From contig JAJRXC010000023.1 of NCBI GenBank assembly GCA_024276495.1, positions 3,484 to 67,483 of the forward strand: a DNA stretch of 64,000 bases, in the 5' to 3' direction. A program made the position numbers and the translations under genes. Shown one piece after another: positions 36,409-45,997 of this stretch. Source of the DNA: Actinomycetes bacterium (GTDB taxonomy: Bacteria; Actinomycetota; Acidimicrobiia; Acidimicrobiales; Aldehydirespiratoraceae). Each line of letters starts with the position of its first letter. The stretch's first letter is position 1. Under the pieces are notes generated by a model. That model did no database searches, was not told where the DNA came from, and saw only the letters and a list, made by a program, of their open reading frames with translations.

Positions 36409-37892
36409 GGCCGAGCGAGGAGCTGCTCCGGGCGCTCGTCGATCGGGTTTCCGGCCACGTCCTGCGACCCCCGGCGACCACGGACCCGGTGATCCGCTAC
36501 GCCACGCCCGCCACGATCGCCGACGCGTTCGCCGCGTCGGTCGGCCTCTCGTTCGCCGCGAACGAGGCCGCCCACTCCGACGATGCGCTCGTGGCCGCCA
36601 CCGACGAGGTCTTCCGGTGGTCGGTCCACACGTCGCACCCGAGCTTCGTCAACCAGAACTTCGCCGGACCCGACCCGATCGGGGTCCTCGGCGATTGGAT
36701 CGGCGCCGCGCTCAACACCACCGGCGCCACCTACGAGGTCGCGCCGGTCTTCACGCTCATGGAACGCGCAGTGCTCGACAAGTTGGCCTCGCTCGCCGGG
36801 TTTCCTTCCCCGGCCGGCGACGCCGATCCACCCGCGGGGATGTTCTGTCCGGGGGGCTCCGTCGGGCTGCTCTTCGCGCTCCAGCTCGCCCGATACCGCC
36901 TCGATCCCGACATCATCGACCGAGGGAGCGACGGCCGCCCCGTCGCCGTCTTCGTCTCCGAGTCCGGGCACTACTCGACGAAGAAGGCGGCCGTGTTGCT
37001 CGGCCTCGGCCTCGATGCCGTCGTGACCGTTCCCACCGACGCCGACGGTGCCATGCGACCCGATGCCCTCGCGGCCGAGATCGCGACGGCTTCGGCCGCC
37101 GGTCGGCGGCCGCTCGCCGTCATCGCCACGGCCGGAACGACGGTGACGTGCGCCTTCGATCCGCTCGTCGCCATCGCCGAGATCTGCGCCGACGACGACA
37201 TCTGGCTCCACGTCGACGGCGCCTACGGGGGATCCGCCCTCTTCTCCCCCACCCAACGTCGACGACTCGACGGGCTCGAGCGGGCCGATTCCTTCGTGTG
37301 GGACCTCCACAAGATGATGGGCATGACCCAACAGTGTTCGGTGCTGCTCGTGCGTGAACCCAGCCGACTCGAACCGTGCTTCGCGACCCGGGCGGACTAT
37401 CTGTTCCAACCGGACAAGCGCAATGCCGAGCTCGACCCGGGCGACCGGACCTTCCAGTGCGGTCGCCGGGTCGACGTCATGAAGCTGTGGCTGACGTGGA
37501 AGGCCCACGGCGACGCCGGCTTCGCGGCCCGCGTCGACCACGCGATCGAGGTCGCCGACCACGTGCGCGCACGAATCGCGGCGAGCGACGGCCACTTCGC
37601 CCCGGTGGTCGCCGGTGACTTCACGAACATCTGCCTCTTGTGGGTGCCCCCCGAGCTTCGGCCGCTGACCCTCGGCGACCTCGACGACCACACCCGATCC
37701 CGACTCCACGCCCTCGGCCCCCGAGTCAAGATCCGCATGCAGGACGAGGGCACCGCGTTGATGGGTGTGCAACCGGTCCACGGGATCAACTGCTTCCGGC
37801 TGCTCTTCATGAATCCCCGCGTCGAACGTGCCGACGCCGACTCCCTGCTCGATCTGATCGACCGGTACGCGACCCGGGAGTGGGTTTCGTAG
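36405..37892 (+). CDS. group II PLP-dependent decarboxylase, animal GAD/CSAD-like
   Basis: Start MRPSEELL at 36405 (ATGA overlap with maf); PLP-Lys region WDLHKMMGMTQQCSVLLVRE and DYLFQPDK...FQCGRRVDVMKLWLTWKAHG parallel GAD65/CSAD. Confidence 0.85.
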   Translation: MRPSEELLRALVDRVSGHVLRPPATTDPVIRYATPATIADAFAASVGLSFAANEAAHSDDALVAATDEVFRWSVHTSHPSFVNQNFAGPDPIGVLGDWIGAALNTTGATYEVAPVFTLMERAVLDKLASLAGFPSPAGDADPPAGMFCPGGSVGLLFALQLARYRLDPDIIDRGSDGRPVAVFVSESGHYSTKKAAVLLGLGLDAVVTVPTDADGAMRPDALAAEIATASAAGRRPLAVIATAGTTVTCAFDPLVAIAEICADDDIWLHVDGAYGGSALFSPTQRRRLDGLERADSFVWDLHKMMGMTQQCSVLLVREPSRLEPCFATRADYLFQPDKRNAELDPGDRTFQCGRRVDVMKLWLTWKAHGDAGFAARVDHAIEVADHVRARIAASDGHFAPVVAGDFTNICLLWVPPELRPLTLGDLDDHTRSRLHALGPRVKIRMQDEGTALMGVQPVHGINCFRLLFMNPRVERADADSLLDLIDRYATREWVS

Positions 37893-37902
37893 CCTTGATG
37901 CC

Positions 37903-39078
37903 GTGACCGATCCGACCGCCGCCCCTGCCGGCCAGCCGCCCGCCGCGCCCGGTGAGTTCGCCGCGATCTCGATCGGCGGTCTCGAGGTCTGGCCCCCGGT
38001 GGTCCTCGCGCCGATGGCCGGAGTCACCAACGCCCCGTTTCGCATCCTGTGTCGACGCCATGGCGCCGGCCTCTACGTCAACCAGATGGTCACCGCCCGG
38101 GCGATCGTCGAGGGCCACCGCAAGAGCCTCGAGCTCGCCGCGTTCGCGCCCGGAGAGTCGCCGCGAAGCATCCAGCTCTACGGCACCGAGCCGTACTCGA
38201 TCGGCGAAGCCACCCGCCGACTCGTCGACGGTCACGGCGTCGATCACATCGACATGAACTTCGGCTGTCCGATGAAGAAGGTGACCCGTCACGGCGGCGG
38301 TGCGGCGCTCCCATGGAAGCGCGACCTCTACCGTTCGATCGTGCGAGCCGCAGTGGCCGCCTCAGGCGACGTGCCGGTCACCGTGAAGTTCCGGGTCGGC
38401 ATCGACGACGACGCGATCACATTCCTCGACGCGGGTCGCATCGCCGAGGACGAGGGCTGTCGGGCCGTCGCCCTCCACGCCCGCACCGCCAACCAGCTCT
38501 ACAGCGGGACCGCCGACTGGACCCGAATCGCCGAGTTGAAGAACGCGGTCACGACGATTCCGGTCCTCGGCAACGGCGACATCTGGGAAGCCGACGATGC
38601 CCTGCAGATGATGCGCACCACCGGCGCCGACGGCGTCGTGGTCGGCCGGGGGTGCCTCGGACGACCGTGGCTGTTCCGGGATCTCGCCGCCGTGTTCGAG
38701 GGTCGCACGATCCCACCGCGACCCGATCTCGGCACCGTCCTCGACGAGATGATCGAACACGCCGAGCTCCTCGCCGAATGGATGGGCGAAGCCCGCGGCA
38801 TGCGCGACTTCCGCAAGCACACCGGCTGGTATCTGAAGGGCTTCCCCACCGGCAACGAGATCCGTCGTCGTCTCAACAAGGTCGCCTCGCTGGAGGAGAT
38901 GCGACAACTGGTCGGCGGGCTCGATCGTTCGATTCCGTTTCCCGAGGGAGGCATGCGAATGGTCCGCGGCCATCACGGCGCACCCAAGGACGTGCAGCTC
39001 CCGGAGGGATGGCTCGCTGACCGCGACGGCGCGGTCGCGTTGCCGCGAGGGGCCGAGCAGCTCGTCAGCGGCGGCTGA
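37903..39078 (+). CDS. dus: tRNA-dihydrouridine synthase
   Basis: 391 aa; LAPMAGVTNAPFR, DMNFGCPMKKV, HARTANQLYSGTADW. Confidence 0.85.
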   Translation: MTDPTAAPAGQPPAAPGEFAAISIGGLEVWPPVVLAPMAGVTNAPFRILCRRHGAGLYVNQMVTARAIVEGHRKSLELAAFAPGESPRSIQLYGTEPYSIGEATRRLVDGHGVDHIDMNFGCPMKKVTRHGGGAALPWKRDLYRSIVRAAVAASGDVPVTVKFRVGIDDDAITFLDAGRIAEDEGCRAVALHARTANQLYSGTADWTRIAELKNAVTTIPVLGNGDIWEADDALQMMRTTGADGVVVGRGCLGRPWLFRDLAAVFEGRTIPPRPDLGTVLDEMIEHAELLAEWMGEARGMRDFRKHTGWYLKGFPTGNEIRRRLNKVASLEEMRQLVGGLDRSIPFPEGGMRMVRGHHGAPKDVQLPEGWLADRDGAVALPRGAEQLVSGG

Positions 39079-39150
39079 CACCCACGATGCTCCCGGCCCG
39101 ATCGGCGGGCGGGTCCGGGGTCGTGGAACCGTCACGTCGACGTCGTGCCC

Positions 39151-39897
39151 TCAGCCCCATCGCCAGCCGGATCCGGCCACCAACTCCGCGGCCGCGCTCA
39201 GCACGGCGATCTCACCGAGTTGCTCGGCGGCGCCGAGCACGTCGCCAGTCACACCCGAGAAGGTCCGACGAGCGACAACGACCGTCGTCACGGCGATGAT
39301 CGCCACGGCGGCCACTCCGACGCCAGTCGCCGGGCCGAGACCGACTCCGATCAGCGCACTCATCGCGACGACGGTGGCCGCTGCACCGCCGGGTGCGGTT
39401 TCGACCGTCGCGGCCATGCCGTCCGGCCGGGCGGGCGGTCCGGCCTGTAGCACCGCCACCGCACCGGCCCGCCCGAGCCCGTGGGCCGCCACCAACGCGA
39501 CCAACCCGTCGACGCCGCCGAGCGACGCCAACGCGACGACCTTGAGGCCCGTGGTGAGGACCAACGCCAGGACCCCGAACGTGCCGAGCCGGGAGTCGCG
39601 CATGATCTCGAGTCGACGAGCCGGGGACGTGCCCCCGAAGGAATCGAACGTGTCGGCCAAGCCGTCCTCGTGGAACGCACCGGTGACGATCGCGCCGACG
39701 CCGACGGCGAGCAGGGCGGCCGTCGGCGACGACACGACCTCGACCAGCCCCAGATAGACCACACCGACGATGCCTCCGACCGCCAGGCCGACCAGAGGAA
39801 ACCACGGCACCGCGGCGCGAAGCGACTCGTCGGACCGCGGCAGGGCACCACCGGGAAGCCGAGTGAGAAGCGACCAGGCCAGCCGGGCCGACCTCAC
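39151..39897 (-). CDS. cobS: adenosylcobinamide-GDP ribazoletransferase (cobalamin synthase)
   Basis: GTG at 39897 (GTGA overlap with cobU stop); LLTRLP, GAFHEDGLADTFD, polytopic membrane protein. Confidence 0.85.
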   Translation of the reverse strand: MRSARLAWSLLTRLPGGALPRSDESLRAAVPWFPLVGLAVGGIVGVVYLGLVEVVSSPTAALLAVGVGAIVTGAFHEDGLADTFDSFGGTSPARRLEIMRDSRLGTFGVLALVLTTGLKVVALASLGGVDGLVALVAAHGLGRAGAVAVLQAGPPARPDGMAATVETAPGGAAATVVAMSALIGVGLGPATGVGVAAVAIIAVTTVVVARRTFSGVTGDVLGAAEQLGEIAVLSAAAELVAGSGWRWG

Positions 39898-40451
39898 CGC
39901 GGTCCCGAGCCCTCGAACACTCCCGCCGGTGTGCACAGCTCCACGAGCTGTCCGGCGACACACAGATACGCCCGGTCGGCCGCGCCGACCATTCGTTGAT
40001 TGACCGACCCGAGAAGGTCTCGGAACCTCCGGGCCGACGCGTTGGCCGGCACGATGCCGGAACCGACCTCGTTCGTGACGACGATGCTCAGCCCCGGTCG
40101 CGTCGACACCGACTCGGCCAACTCGTCTGCCGCGCCGATCATCGCCCGGTCGTGCGCCGGCGACCGGTTCCCGTCGGCCATGAGGTTCGACAGCCACAAC
40201 GAGAGGCAATCGATGACGAGGGTGGCGCCGACCCCCGTCGCGGCGATCGCGCCGACGAGATCGAGCGGCTCCTCGACCACCGTCCACTCCGCGGGTCGCG
40301 CGGCGCGATGGAGACGAATGCGCTCGGCCATCTCGTCGTCGGCGGCCTCGGCCGTCGCGAGGACGACGACCGGCGCGTCGCCGGCGGCCGCCATCGCGGC
40401 CGCGGCCGACGACTTCCCGCTTCTCGCCCCGCCGGTCAAGACCACAAGCAT
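39894..40451 (-). CDS. cobU: bifunctional adenosylcobinamide kinase / adenosylcobinamide-phosphate guanylyltransferase
   Basis: Start MLVVLTGGARSGKSS at 40451; P-loop and VTNEVG motif; 1-nt overlap with cobO stop. Confidence 0.85.
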   Translation of the reverse strand: MLVVLTGGARSGKSSAAAAMAAAGDAPVVVLATAEAADDEMAERIRLHRAARPAEWTVVEEPLDLVGAIAATGVGATLVIDCLSLWLSNLMADGNRSPAHDRAMIGAADELAESVSTRPGLSIVVTNEVGSGIVPANASARRFRDLLGSVNQRMVGAADRAYLCVAGQLVELCTPAGVFEGSGPR

Positions 40452-41026
40452 CAGAAGTCGATGCCCTTCTTCGCGGCGAGGCCCGCGTCGTACGCGTGCT
40501 TGACCTTCACCATCTCGGTGACGGTGTCGGCGAGGTCGATCATCCACTGCGGAGCGTCACGACCGGTCAACACCAGCGAGACCCGCTCGGGACGGGCACG
40601 AAACGTTGCTTCGACCTCCGCCGCGTCGATCCATCCCCAGTTCAGCGGATAGGTGATCTCGTCGAAGATCACCAGCCGGTAGTCGCCGGATTCGACCAGG
40701 GCCCTGCCCTGGCGCCACGCCTCCCGGGCTTCGGCCTCGTCCTTGGCCAGGTCGTCGCTGTCCCAGCTGAAGCCATCCCCGAGCGACCAGAAGTCGATGC
40801 CCAACTGTGGGGCCATCAACTGCTCGCCGGTCACCCAGTCGTCGGACTTGAGGAACTGCACGACCGCCACCGGCCAGCCCCGGGCCCGGGCCCGCACGGC
40901 GACGCCGAACGCGGCCGACGACTTGCCCTTCCCGTCGCCGGTGTGAACGAGCACGAGGCTCTTCGCCACCGCCAACCCGTCGGGTCGGGGATCCTCGGTC
41001 AGTGGTTCCTCGATCGGATCGGTCAT
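40451..41026 (-). CDS. cobO: cob(I)yrinic acid a,c-diamide adenosyltransferase
   Basis: 191 aa; HTGDGKGKSSAAFG...DEITYPL...TGR.AP. Confidence 0.9.
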   Translation of the reverse strand: MTDPIEEPLTEDPRPDGLAVAKSLVLVHTGDGKGKSSAAFGVAVRARARGWPVAVVQFLKSDDWVTGEQLMAPQLGIDFWSLGDGFSWDSDDLAKDEAEAREAWRQGRALVESGDYRLVIFDEITYPLNWGWIDAAEVEATFRARPERVSLVLTGRDAPQWMIDLADTVTEMVKVKHAYDAGLAAKKGIDF

Positions 41027-41811
41027 GGGGACTCCCGGTTGGGACGACGCACGGCGGGCACGATGATCGGCCCGTCGACGTCGTCGATGATGCGCACGTC
41101 GGCACCGAAGTGAGCGGAGATGAGCGACTCGGTGAGGATGTCGGACGGGCCGCCGTCGGCAACGATGACCCCGTCGGACAACACCGCGATGCGGTCGCCG
41201 TAGCGGGCCGCGAGGGTGAGATCGTGAAGCGTCGCCAACACGGTCAGGCCCCGCTCCGATCTGAGGGCGTCGACCAGGTCGAGCATGTCCTGTTGATGAC
41301 CGAGGTCGAGGGCCGTCGTCGGCTCGTCGAGGAGCACGATCGACGACTCCTGGGCCAATGCCCTGGCCATGACCACCCGTTGTCGCTCACCCCCGGAGAG
41401 TGTATTCACCTCTCTTCGCGCGAATCGGCCGAGATCGAGCCGATCGAGAACCTCGGCCGCCACGTCGAGGTCGTGGCCCGAGTGGGCCTGGAAGAGGCCC
41501 CGGTGCGGGGTGCGGCCCAGCAACACATAGTCGATCACGGGCACGCCCGGCGGAACGACCGGACTCTGGGGTACGTAGGCCACCGCCCGGGCGCGGCTCA
41601 TCGCGTCGCCGTCGCTGCGTCCGTTGATCCCGATCCGACCGTCGAAGTCGACCGCGCCAAGGAGGGCCCGCAGCAACGTCGTCTTGCCCGCGCCGTTCGG
41701 CCCGATGACGTTCACCCACTCCCCCGCGGCGACGTCGAGGTCCACCTCCCGGAGCACGACCGTGTCGCCGAGGGTCACGGCAAGGCCCTCGACGGACACG
41801 GCGGCGCTCAC
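41023..41811 (-). CDS. ABC transporter ATP-binding protein (iron-siderophore/cobalamin FecE/BtuD type)
   Basis: GTG at 41811 (GTGA overlap with the permease stop); GPNGAGKTT, LSGGERQR, LLDEPT. Confidence 0.85.
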   Translation of the reverse strand: MSAAVSVEGLAVTLGDTVVLREVDLDVAAGEWVNVIGPNGAGKTTLLRALLGAVDFDGRIGINGRSDGDAMSRARAVAYVPQSPVVPPGVPVIDYVLLGRTPHRGLFQAHSGHDLDVAAEVLDRLDLGRFARREVNTLSGGERQRVVMARALAQESSIVLLDEPTTALDLGHQQDMLDLVDALRSERGLTVLATLHDLTLAARYGDRIAVLSDGVIVADGGPSDILTESLISAHFGADVRIIDDVDGPIIVPAVRRPNRESP

Positions 41812-42881
41812 CAGACCTCCTTTCGACTCGATCGAAGAACCAGGGCGAAGAACGGGGCACCGATGAACGCCGTCACGACCCCGATCGGAAGCTCCGCCGG
41901 TTCGAGCACGGTCCTCGCGGCGAGGTCGGCGGCGACCATGAACGCCGCGCCGAACAGGACCGACAGCGGAAGCACGATCCGGTTGCTGGCACCGAACGCG
42001 AGTCGGACGGTGTGGGGAACGATGATGCCGACGAAGCCGATCAGGCCGCTGACCGCCACCGCGGCGGCGGCCCCGAGCGACGCCGCCAACACCACGACGA
42101 GACGGACACGACCCGGGTCGACCCCGAGCGACGCCGCCTCCTCGTCTCCCACGGCCAACACGTCGAGGGCGCGGCGGTAGCGCAGCACGACCGCGACGGA
42201 GATCAGGAAGTACGGCGCGAGCAGGGCCGGTTCGTTCCAGCCCGACGTGCCGATCCTCCCCAGGATCCACGTGTAGACCTCTCGGATGACATCACTGTTG
42301 GCCTGCAGCACGTAGGTCTGCAGCGCGGTCAGAAAGCTCGCCACCGCGACGCCGGCGAGGATCAACGTCACCGGCGAGCGGCCGGCCACGTTGCCGGCCA
42401 GATACGAGATCCAGACCGCGCCGAGACCGCCGACGAACGCGGCCAGGGGCACCGCGTCGAGCACACCGGCGCCGTCACCGAGGCCTTCGGTGATCGCGAT
42501 CGTCGCGCCGAGGCCGGCGCCGGCCGCGATGCCGAGCAGGTAGGGGTCGGCGAGCGGGTTGCGGAACGCGCCCTGATACGCGGCGCCACTGAGGGAGAGG
42601 CTCGCGCCGACCATCAGGCCGAGCACCACCCGAGGCAACCTGATCTGGGTGACGATCGCTGCTTCGGTCGTCGACAGGCCCGAGTCGAGCTCGACGAACG
42701 GCAGTCCGTCGACTAGCTCGCGCACGACATCGAGGGTCGCGATGTCGACCGGTCCGATCGTCAACCCGCCGGCGACCGCCAACACGATCGCGGCGATCGC
42801 CGTCGCGACCGCGCCGGTCCCCAATCGAGCGCCCTGTGGCATCTCGACTCGGAACCCGGCGGGTCGCGGCGGTGCGGTCAT
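41808..42881 (-). CDS. FecCD/BtuC family ABC transporter permease
   Basis: 357 aa polytopic; RLPRVVLGLMVGASLSLSGAAYQG motif. Confidence 0.85.
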   Translation of the reverse strand: MTAPPRPAGFRVEMPQGARLGTGAVATAIAAIVLAVAGGLTIGPVDIATLDVVRELVDGLPFVELDSGLSTTEAAIVTQIRLPRVVLGLMVGASLSLSGAAYQGAFRNPLADPYLLGIAAGAGLGATIAITEGLGDGAGVLDAVPLAAFVGGLGAVWISYLAGNVAGRSPVTLILAGVAVASFLTALQTYVLQANSDVIREVYTWILGRIGTSGWNEPALLAPYFLISVAVVLRYRRALDVLAVGDEEAASLGVDPGRVRLVVVLAASLGAAAAVAVSGLIGFVGIIVPHTVRLAFGASNRIVLPLSVLFGAAFMVAADLAARTVLEPAELPIGVVTAFIGAPFFALVLRSSRKEVW

Positions 42882-42883
42882 CG

Positions 42884-43864
42884 TCAGGCCGGCGCGGCCA
42901 CCGTCTCCAACGCCTCGGCGATCTGACGGACGAACTCGACGACCCGGGGTCCCCAGCGGGACGCCACATCGTCGTCCAGCTCGATGACCGCTCCGTTGCG
43001 GACTGCCGACAGGTCACCCCAGCCGGGTCGGGCCGCGACGGTCTCTGCCGTCTGGGCCGCGAAGATCGTGTCGGCCAGGAAGATCAGATCGGGGTCGGCG
43101 CCGAGGATGAACTCCTCGGACAGCGGCAGGTAGCCGTTGAAGGCCTCGCCGCCGGCCTGGTCGCCGATGCTGGTCAGCCCGAAGAGGGCGTACACCTCGG
43201 CGATGAACGAGTCGCCGTTGAGCGAGTAGTAGTCGGTGCCGAGCTCGTGGTAGTAGGTCAGCCCGCTCGCATCGGGCGCCTGTTCGCGGAGCGCCGCGAT
43301 CTCGGTTTGCATCTCGAGCACCAGCTGGGCCGCCTCGGCGATCCTCCCGGTGGCTGCACCCAGCTCTTCGATCTGGGTGTAGATGCCATCGAAGGTGGCG
43401 GGTGCGTCCCGCTCGATGACCGTGATGCCGAGTGCTTCGAGGTCGGCGGCAGCCGCGTTGGTCTGCATCGTGACGAGCTGGGGATCGAACGCGGCGATCG
43501 CCTCGACATTGGGCGTGAACCCGTCGAGGTCGGAGGCGGGAGCCTCGGCCGGATAGTTCGAGTAGGCGTCGACGGCGACGACGAGGTCCCCGGCTCCGAT
43601 CGCGAAGAGGATCTCGGTTGCCGTCGGCGAGAGCGAGACGATTCGCTCGACCGCGGCAGGGTCGTCGGCGACAGGCTCGTCGGAAGCAGAGTCGTCGGCG
43701 ACCGGCTCGTTCGAATCCGCACTCTCCGCCGCGGTCTCGTCCGGGGCGGCGTCGCCCGAATCCTCGGGCGCGGCTTGCGCCGACCCGGCTTCGGTCGAGT
43801 CGTCGTTGCCGCAGGCCGCGGCGGCAAGCGCCATGACCAGCGCCAGGGTGAACAGCTTCTTCAT
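42884..43864 (-). CDS. ABC transporter periplasmic (cluster A, BtuF/FhuD-like) substrate-binding lipoprotein
   Basis: Start MKKLFTLALVMALAAAACG at 43864 with AAGGAGG RBS; lipobox; periplasmic-binding-protein pattern. Confidence 0.8.
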   Translation of the reverse strand: MKKLFTLALVMALAAAACGNDDSTEAGSAQAAPEDSGDAAPDETAAESADSNEPVADDSASDEPVADDPAAVERIVSLSPTATEILFAIGAGDLVVAVDAYSNYPAEAPASDLDGFTPNVEAIAAFDPQLVTMQTNAAAADLEALGITVIERDAPATFDGIYTQIEELGAATGRIAEAAQLVLEMQTEIAALREQAPDASGLTYYHELGTDYYSLNGDSFIAEVYALFGLTSIGDQAGGEAFNGYLPLSEEFILGADPDLIFLADTIFAAQTAETVAARPGWGDLSAVRNGAVIELDDDVASRWGPRVVEFVRQIAEALETVAAPA

Positions 43865-43889
43865 CGGATTCCTCCTTGTGGCTCGAGGT

Positions 43890-44055
43890 CGTGCACGAGC
43901 GACAGGTGGATCCGGCCGCACGAGCGCCCCTTCCTCGAGGGTCGGTTCGTGGTGCCAGGCGAGGCGACCGGACTCGTTCTTCGCACCGAGGTGCTCGGAC
44001 ATCACCGTTGCGGGACAGCGCCGGAATCACACCGGACTTCGCTCGTCTGAACAGG
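43890..44055 (-). promoter_or_regulatory. cobalamin (B12) riboswitch
   Basis: The minus strand reads ...GTCCGGTGTGATTCCGGCGCTGTCCCGCAACGGTGA... followed by a B12-box-like GAGTCCGGTCGCCTCGCCTGG. It sits directly upstream of the btuF-like gene. Boundaries approximate. Confidence 0.75.
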
Positions 44056-44062
44056 CTGGAGC

Positions 44063-45133
44063 CTAGGCGCAAACCGCGTCGAAGCGGGCGGTCGCCTCCG
44101 CGACGATCCGGGTGATGAGCTCATCGCAGGTGGGCAGGTCGTCGACCACGCCGACGCACTGGCCGGTCGGGAGGATTCCGACCTCCAACCTTCCCTCGAC
44201 CATCGTGGCCCGGGTGAGCATCGCGGCGTTGGCCGCCATGGCCACCTGCGCCCAGGTCAGGTCCTGGTTCTTCTTCATCGAGCGGCCCTCGCGGAGGAGG
44301 TCACCGATCGACGTGTCGGTCAGGCGCCGGAACTTCAACGCGTTGAGGGCCGCACGGGGCAGCTTCAAGAGCCCGGTACGTTCGAGGTTCTCGATCACTG
44401 CGGTTCGGATGACCCGTTGTGGGGCGCCGTCGATGGCGGTCGACACGACGGTTCCGGTGACGGGGGTGTCGAGATACACCGATTTGACCTCGTCGGGAAC
44501 CCGACTCTCGGCGGTCAGGAGGAACCGGGTCCCCATCGCGATCCCCGCGGCTCCCCAACTGAGCGCCGCGGCGAGCCCACGGCCGTCGTAGAACCCGCCG
44601 GCGGCGATCACCGGGATGTCGACGGCGTCGAGCACCTCGGGCAGGAGCAGGGAGGTCGGGACGGTGCCCGTGTGTCCTCCGCCTTCGCCTCCCTGGCACA
44701 GGACGGCGTCGACGCCCCATTCGGCCACTTTCTCCGCATGGCGGCGGGCTCCGACCGTGGGAACGACCACGACCCCGCCGTCCTTGAGCTTCTTCACCAT
44801 GTCGGGTCGGGGGGCCTGCGCGAACGATGCGACCTTCACCTGCTGGGCGATCAGATGGTCGACGCGCTGCTCGATGTCGACGGCATCGGTGCGCAGGTTG
44901 ACCCCGAAGGGCCGGTCGGTACGGGACTTCACCTCGACGATCGCCGTCTTCATCTCCTCGAACGTCATCGTGGCCGACGCCAGGATGCCGAGACCTCCGG
45001 CGTTGGCCGTCCCGGTCACGAGCGATGGCCCCGCGACCCAGCCCATGCCGGTCTGCACGATCGGGTGATCGACGCCGAAGAGCGCGGTCGCCCGGGTCTT
45101 CAGTCGCGGGTCGATGGTCCCGGGATCACCCAT
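44063..45133 (-). CDS. nitronate monooxygenase / NAD(P)H-dependent flavin oxidoreductase (NMO family)
   Basis: 356 aa; PIVQTGMGWVAG, GGEGGGHTG, AAGG..DGRG motifs. Confidence 0.8.
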   Translation of the reverse strand: MGDPGTIDPRLKTRATALFGVDHPIVQTGMGWVAGPSLVTGTANAGGLGILASATMTFEEMKTAIVEVKSRTDRPFGVNLRTDAVDIEQRVDHLIAQQVKVASFAQAPRPDMVKKLKDGGVVVVPTVGARRHAEKVAEWGVDAVLCQGGEGGGHTGTVPTSLLLPEVLDAVDIPVIAAGGFYDGRGLAAALSWGAAGIAMGTRFLLTAESRVPDEVKSVYLDTPVTGTVVSTAIDGAPQRVIRTAVIENLERTGLLKLPRAALNALKFRRLTDTSIGDLLREGRSMKKNQDLTWAQVAMAANAAMLTRATMVEGRLEVGILPTGQCVGVVDDLPTCDELITRIVAEATARFDAVCA

Positions 45134-45223
45134 CTCCTCACCCTAGGACCCGACCCTGCCGGGCGAGACACGGGGAACGCGCCGGACCATCAAGTTCGGG
45201 CCGGGAATGCCGACGATCAGGAC

Positions 45224-45997
45224 ATGGCCTCCACGACGACCGATGGCATCGCGCCCGCACTGACCGGCGAGGATGTCCCGGTCTCCGATCCGAGCCCGCC
45301 ACCGCGGCAGGTCCTCTCGGTGATCATGCCGGTCTACAACGAGGCCGCGACCCTCGCCGAGGTCGTGCAGCGGGTGCTCACGGTCGATCTGGGTCTCGAC
45401 ATCGACCTGATCGCCGTCGACGACGGAAGCAGTGACGACTCGGTCGCGATCCTCGACGCGATTCCCGACCCTCGGCTGCGCATCGCGCTCCACGGCAAGA
45501 ACCGCGGAAAAGGGGCCGCGATCCGGACCGGACTCTCCGTCGCCACGGGCGACATCGTGGTCATCCAGGACGCCGACCTCGAGTACGACCCGGCCCAGTG
45601 GGCCCGCCTGCTTCGCCCGATCCTCGATGAGGAGTGCGATGTCGTGTACGGGAGCCGCTTTCTCGGCGACTCGACCGGCATGCGTTGGCAGAACCGCCTG
45701 GCGAACAAGGGGCTGACCGCCCTGACGCGTCTGCTTTTCGGAACCGGCATCACCGACATGGAGACCTGCTACAAGATGATCCGCCTCGACGTGCTCGACG
45801 ACGTCTGCTTGGAGGCCGACAAGTTCGACATCGAGCCCGAGATCACGGCTCGTCTGCTCCGACGCGACGTCACCATTCGGGAGCTGCCGATCTCCTACGA
45901 GGCCCGGACCCACGACGAGGGCAAGAAGATCGGCTGGCGCGACGGCTTGTCCGCCGTGCGCACCCTCGTCAAATGGCGGCTTCGACGCACAGTGTAG
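45224..45997 (+). CDS. glycosyltransferase family 2
   Basis: Start MASTTTDG at 45224 inside track ORF 44417..45997; SVIMPVYNE, AVDDGSSD, QDADLEYDP. Confidence 0.85.
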   Translation: MASTTTDGIAPALTGEDVPVSDPSPPPRQVLSVIMPVYNEAATLAEVVQRVLTVDLGLDIDLIAVDDGSSDDSVAILDAIPDPRLRIALHGKNRGKGAAIRTGLSVATGDIVVIQDADLEYDPAQWARLLRPILDEECDVVYGSRFLGDSTGMRWQNRLANKGLTALTRLLFGTGITDMETCYKMIRLDVLDDVCLEADKFDIEPEITARLLRRDVTIRELPISYEARTHDEGKKIGWRDGLSAVRTLVKWRLRRTV

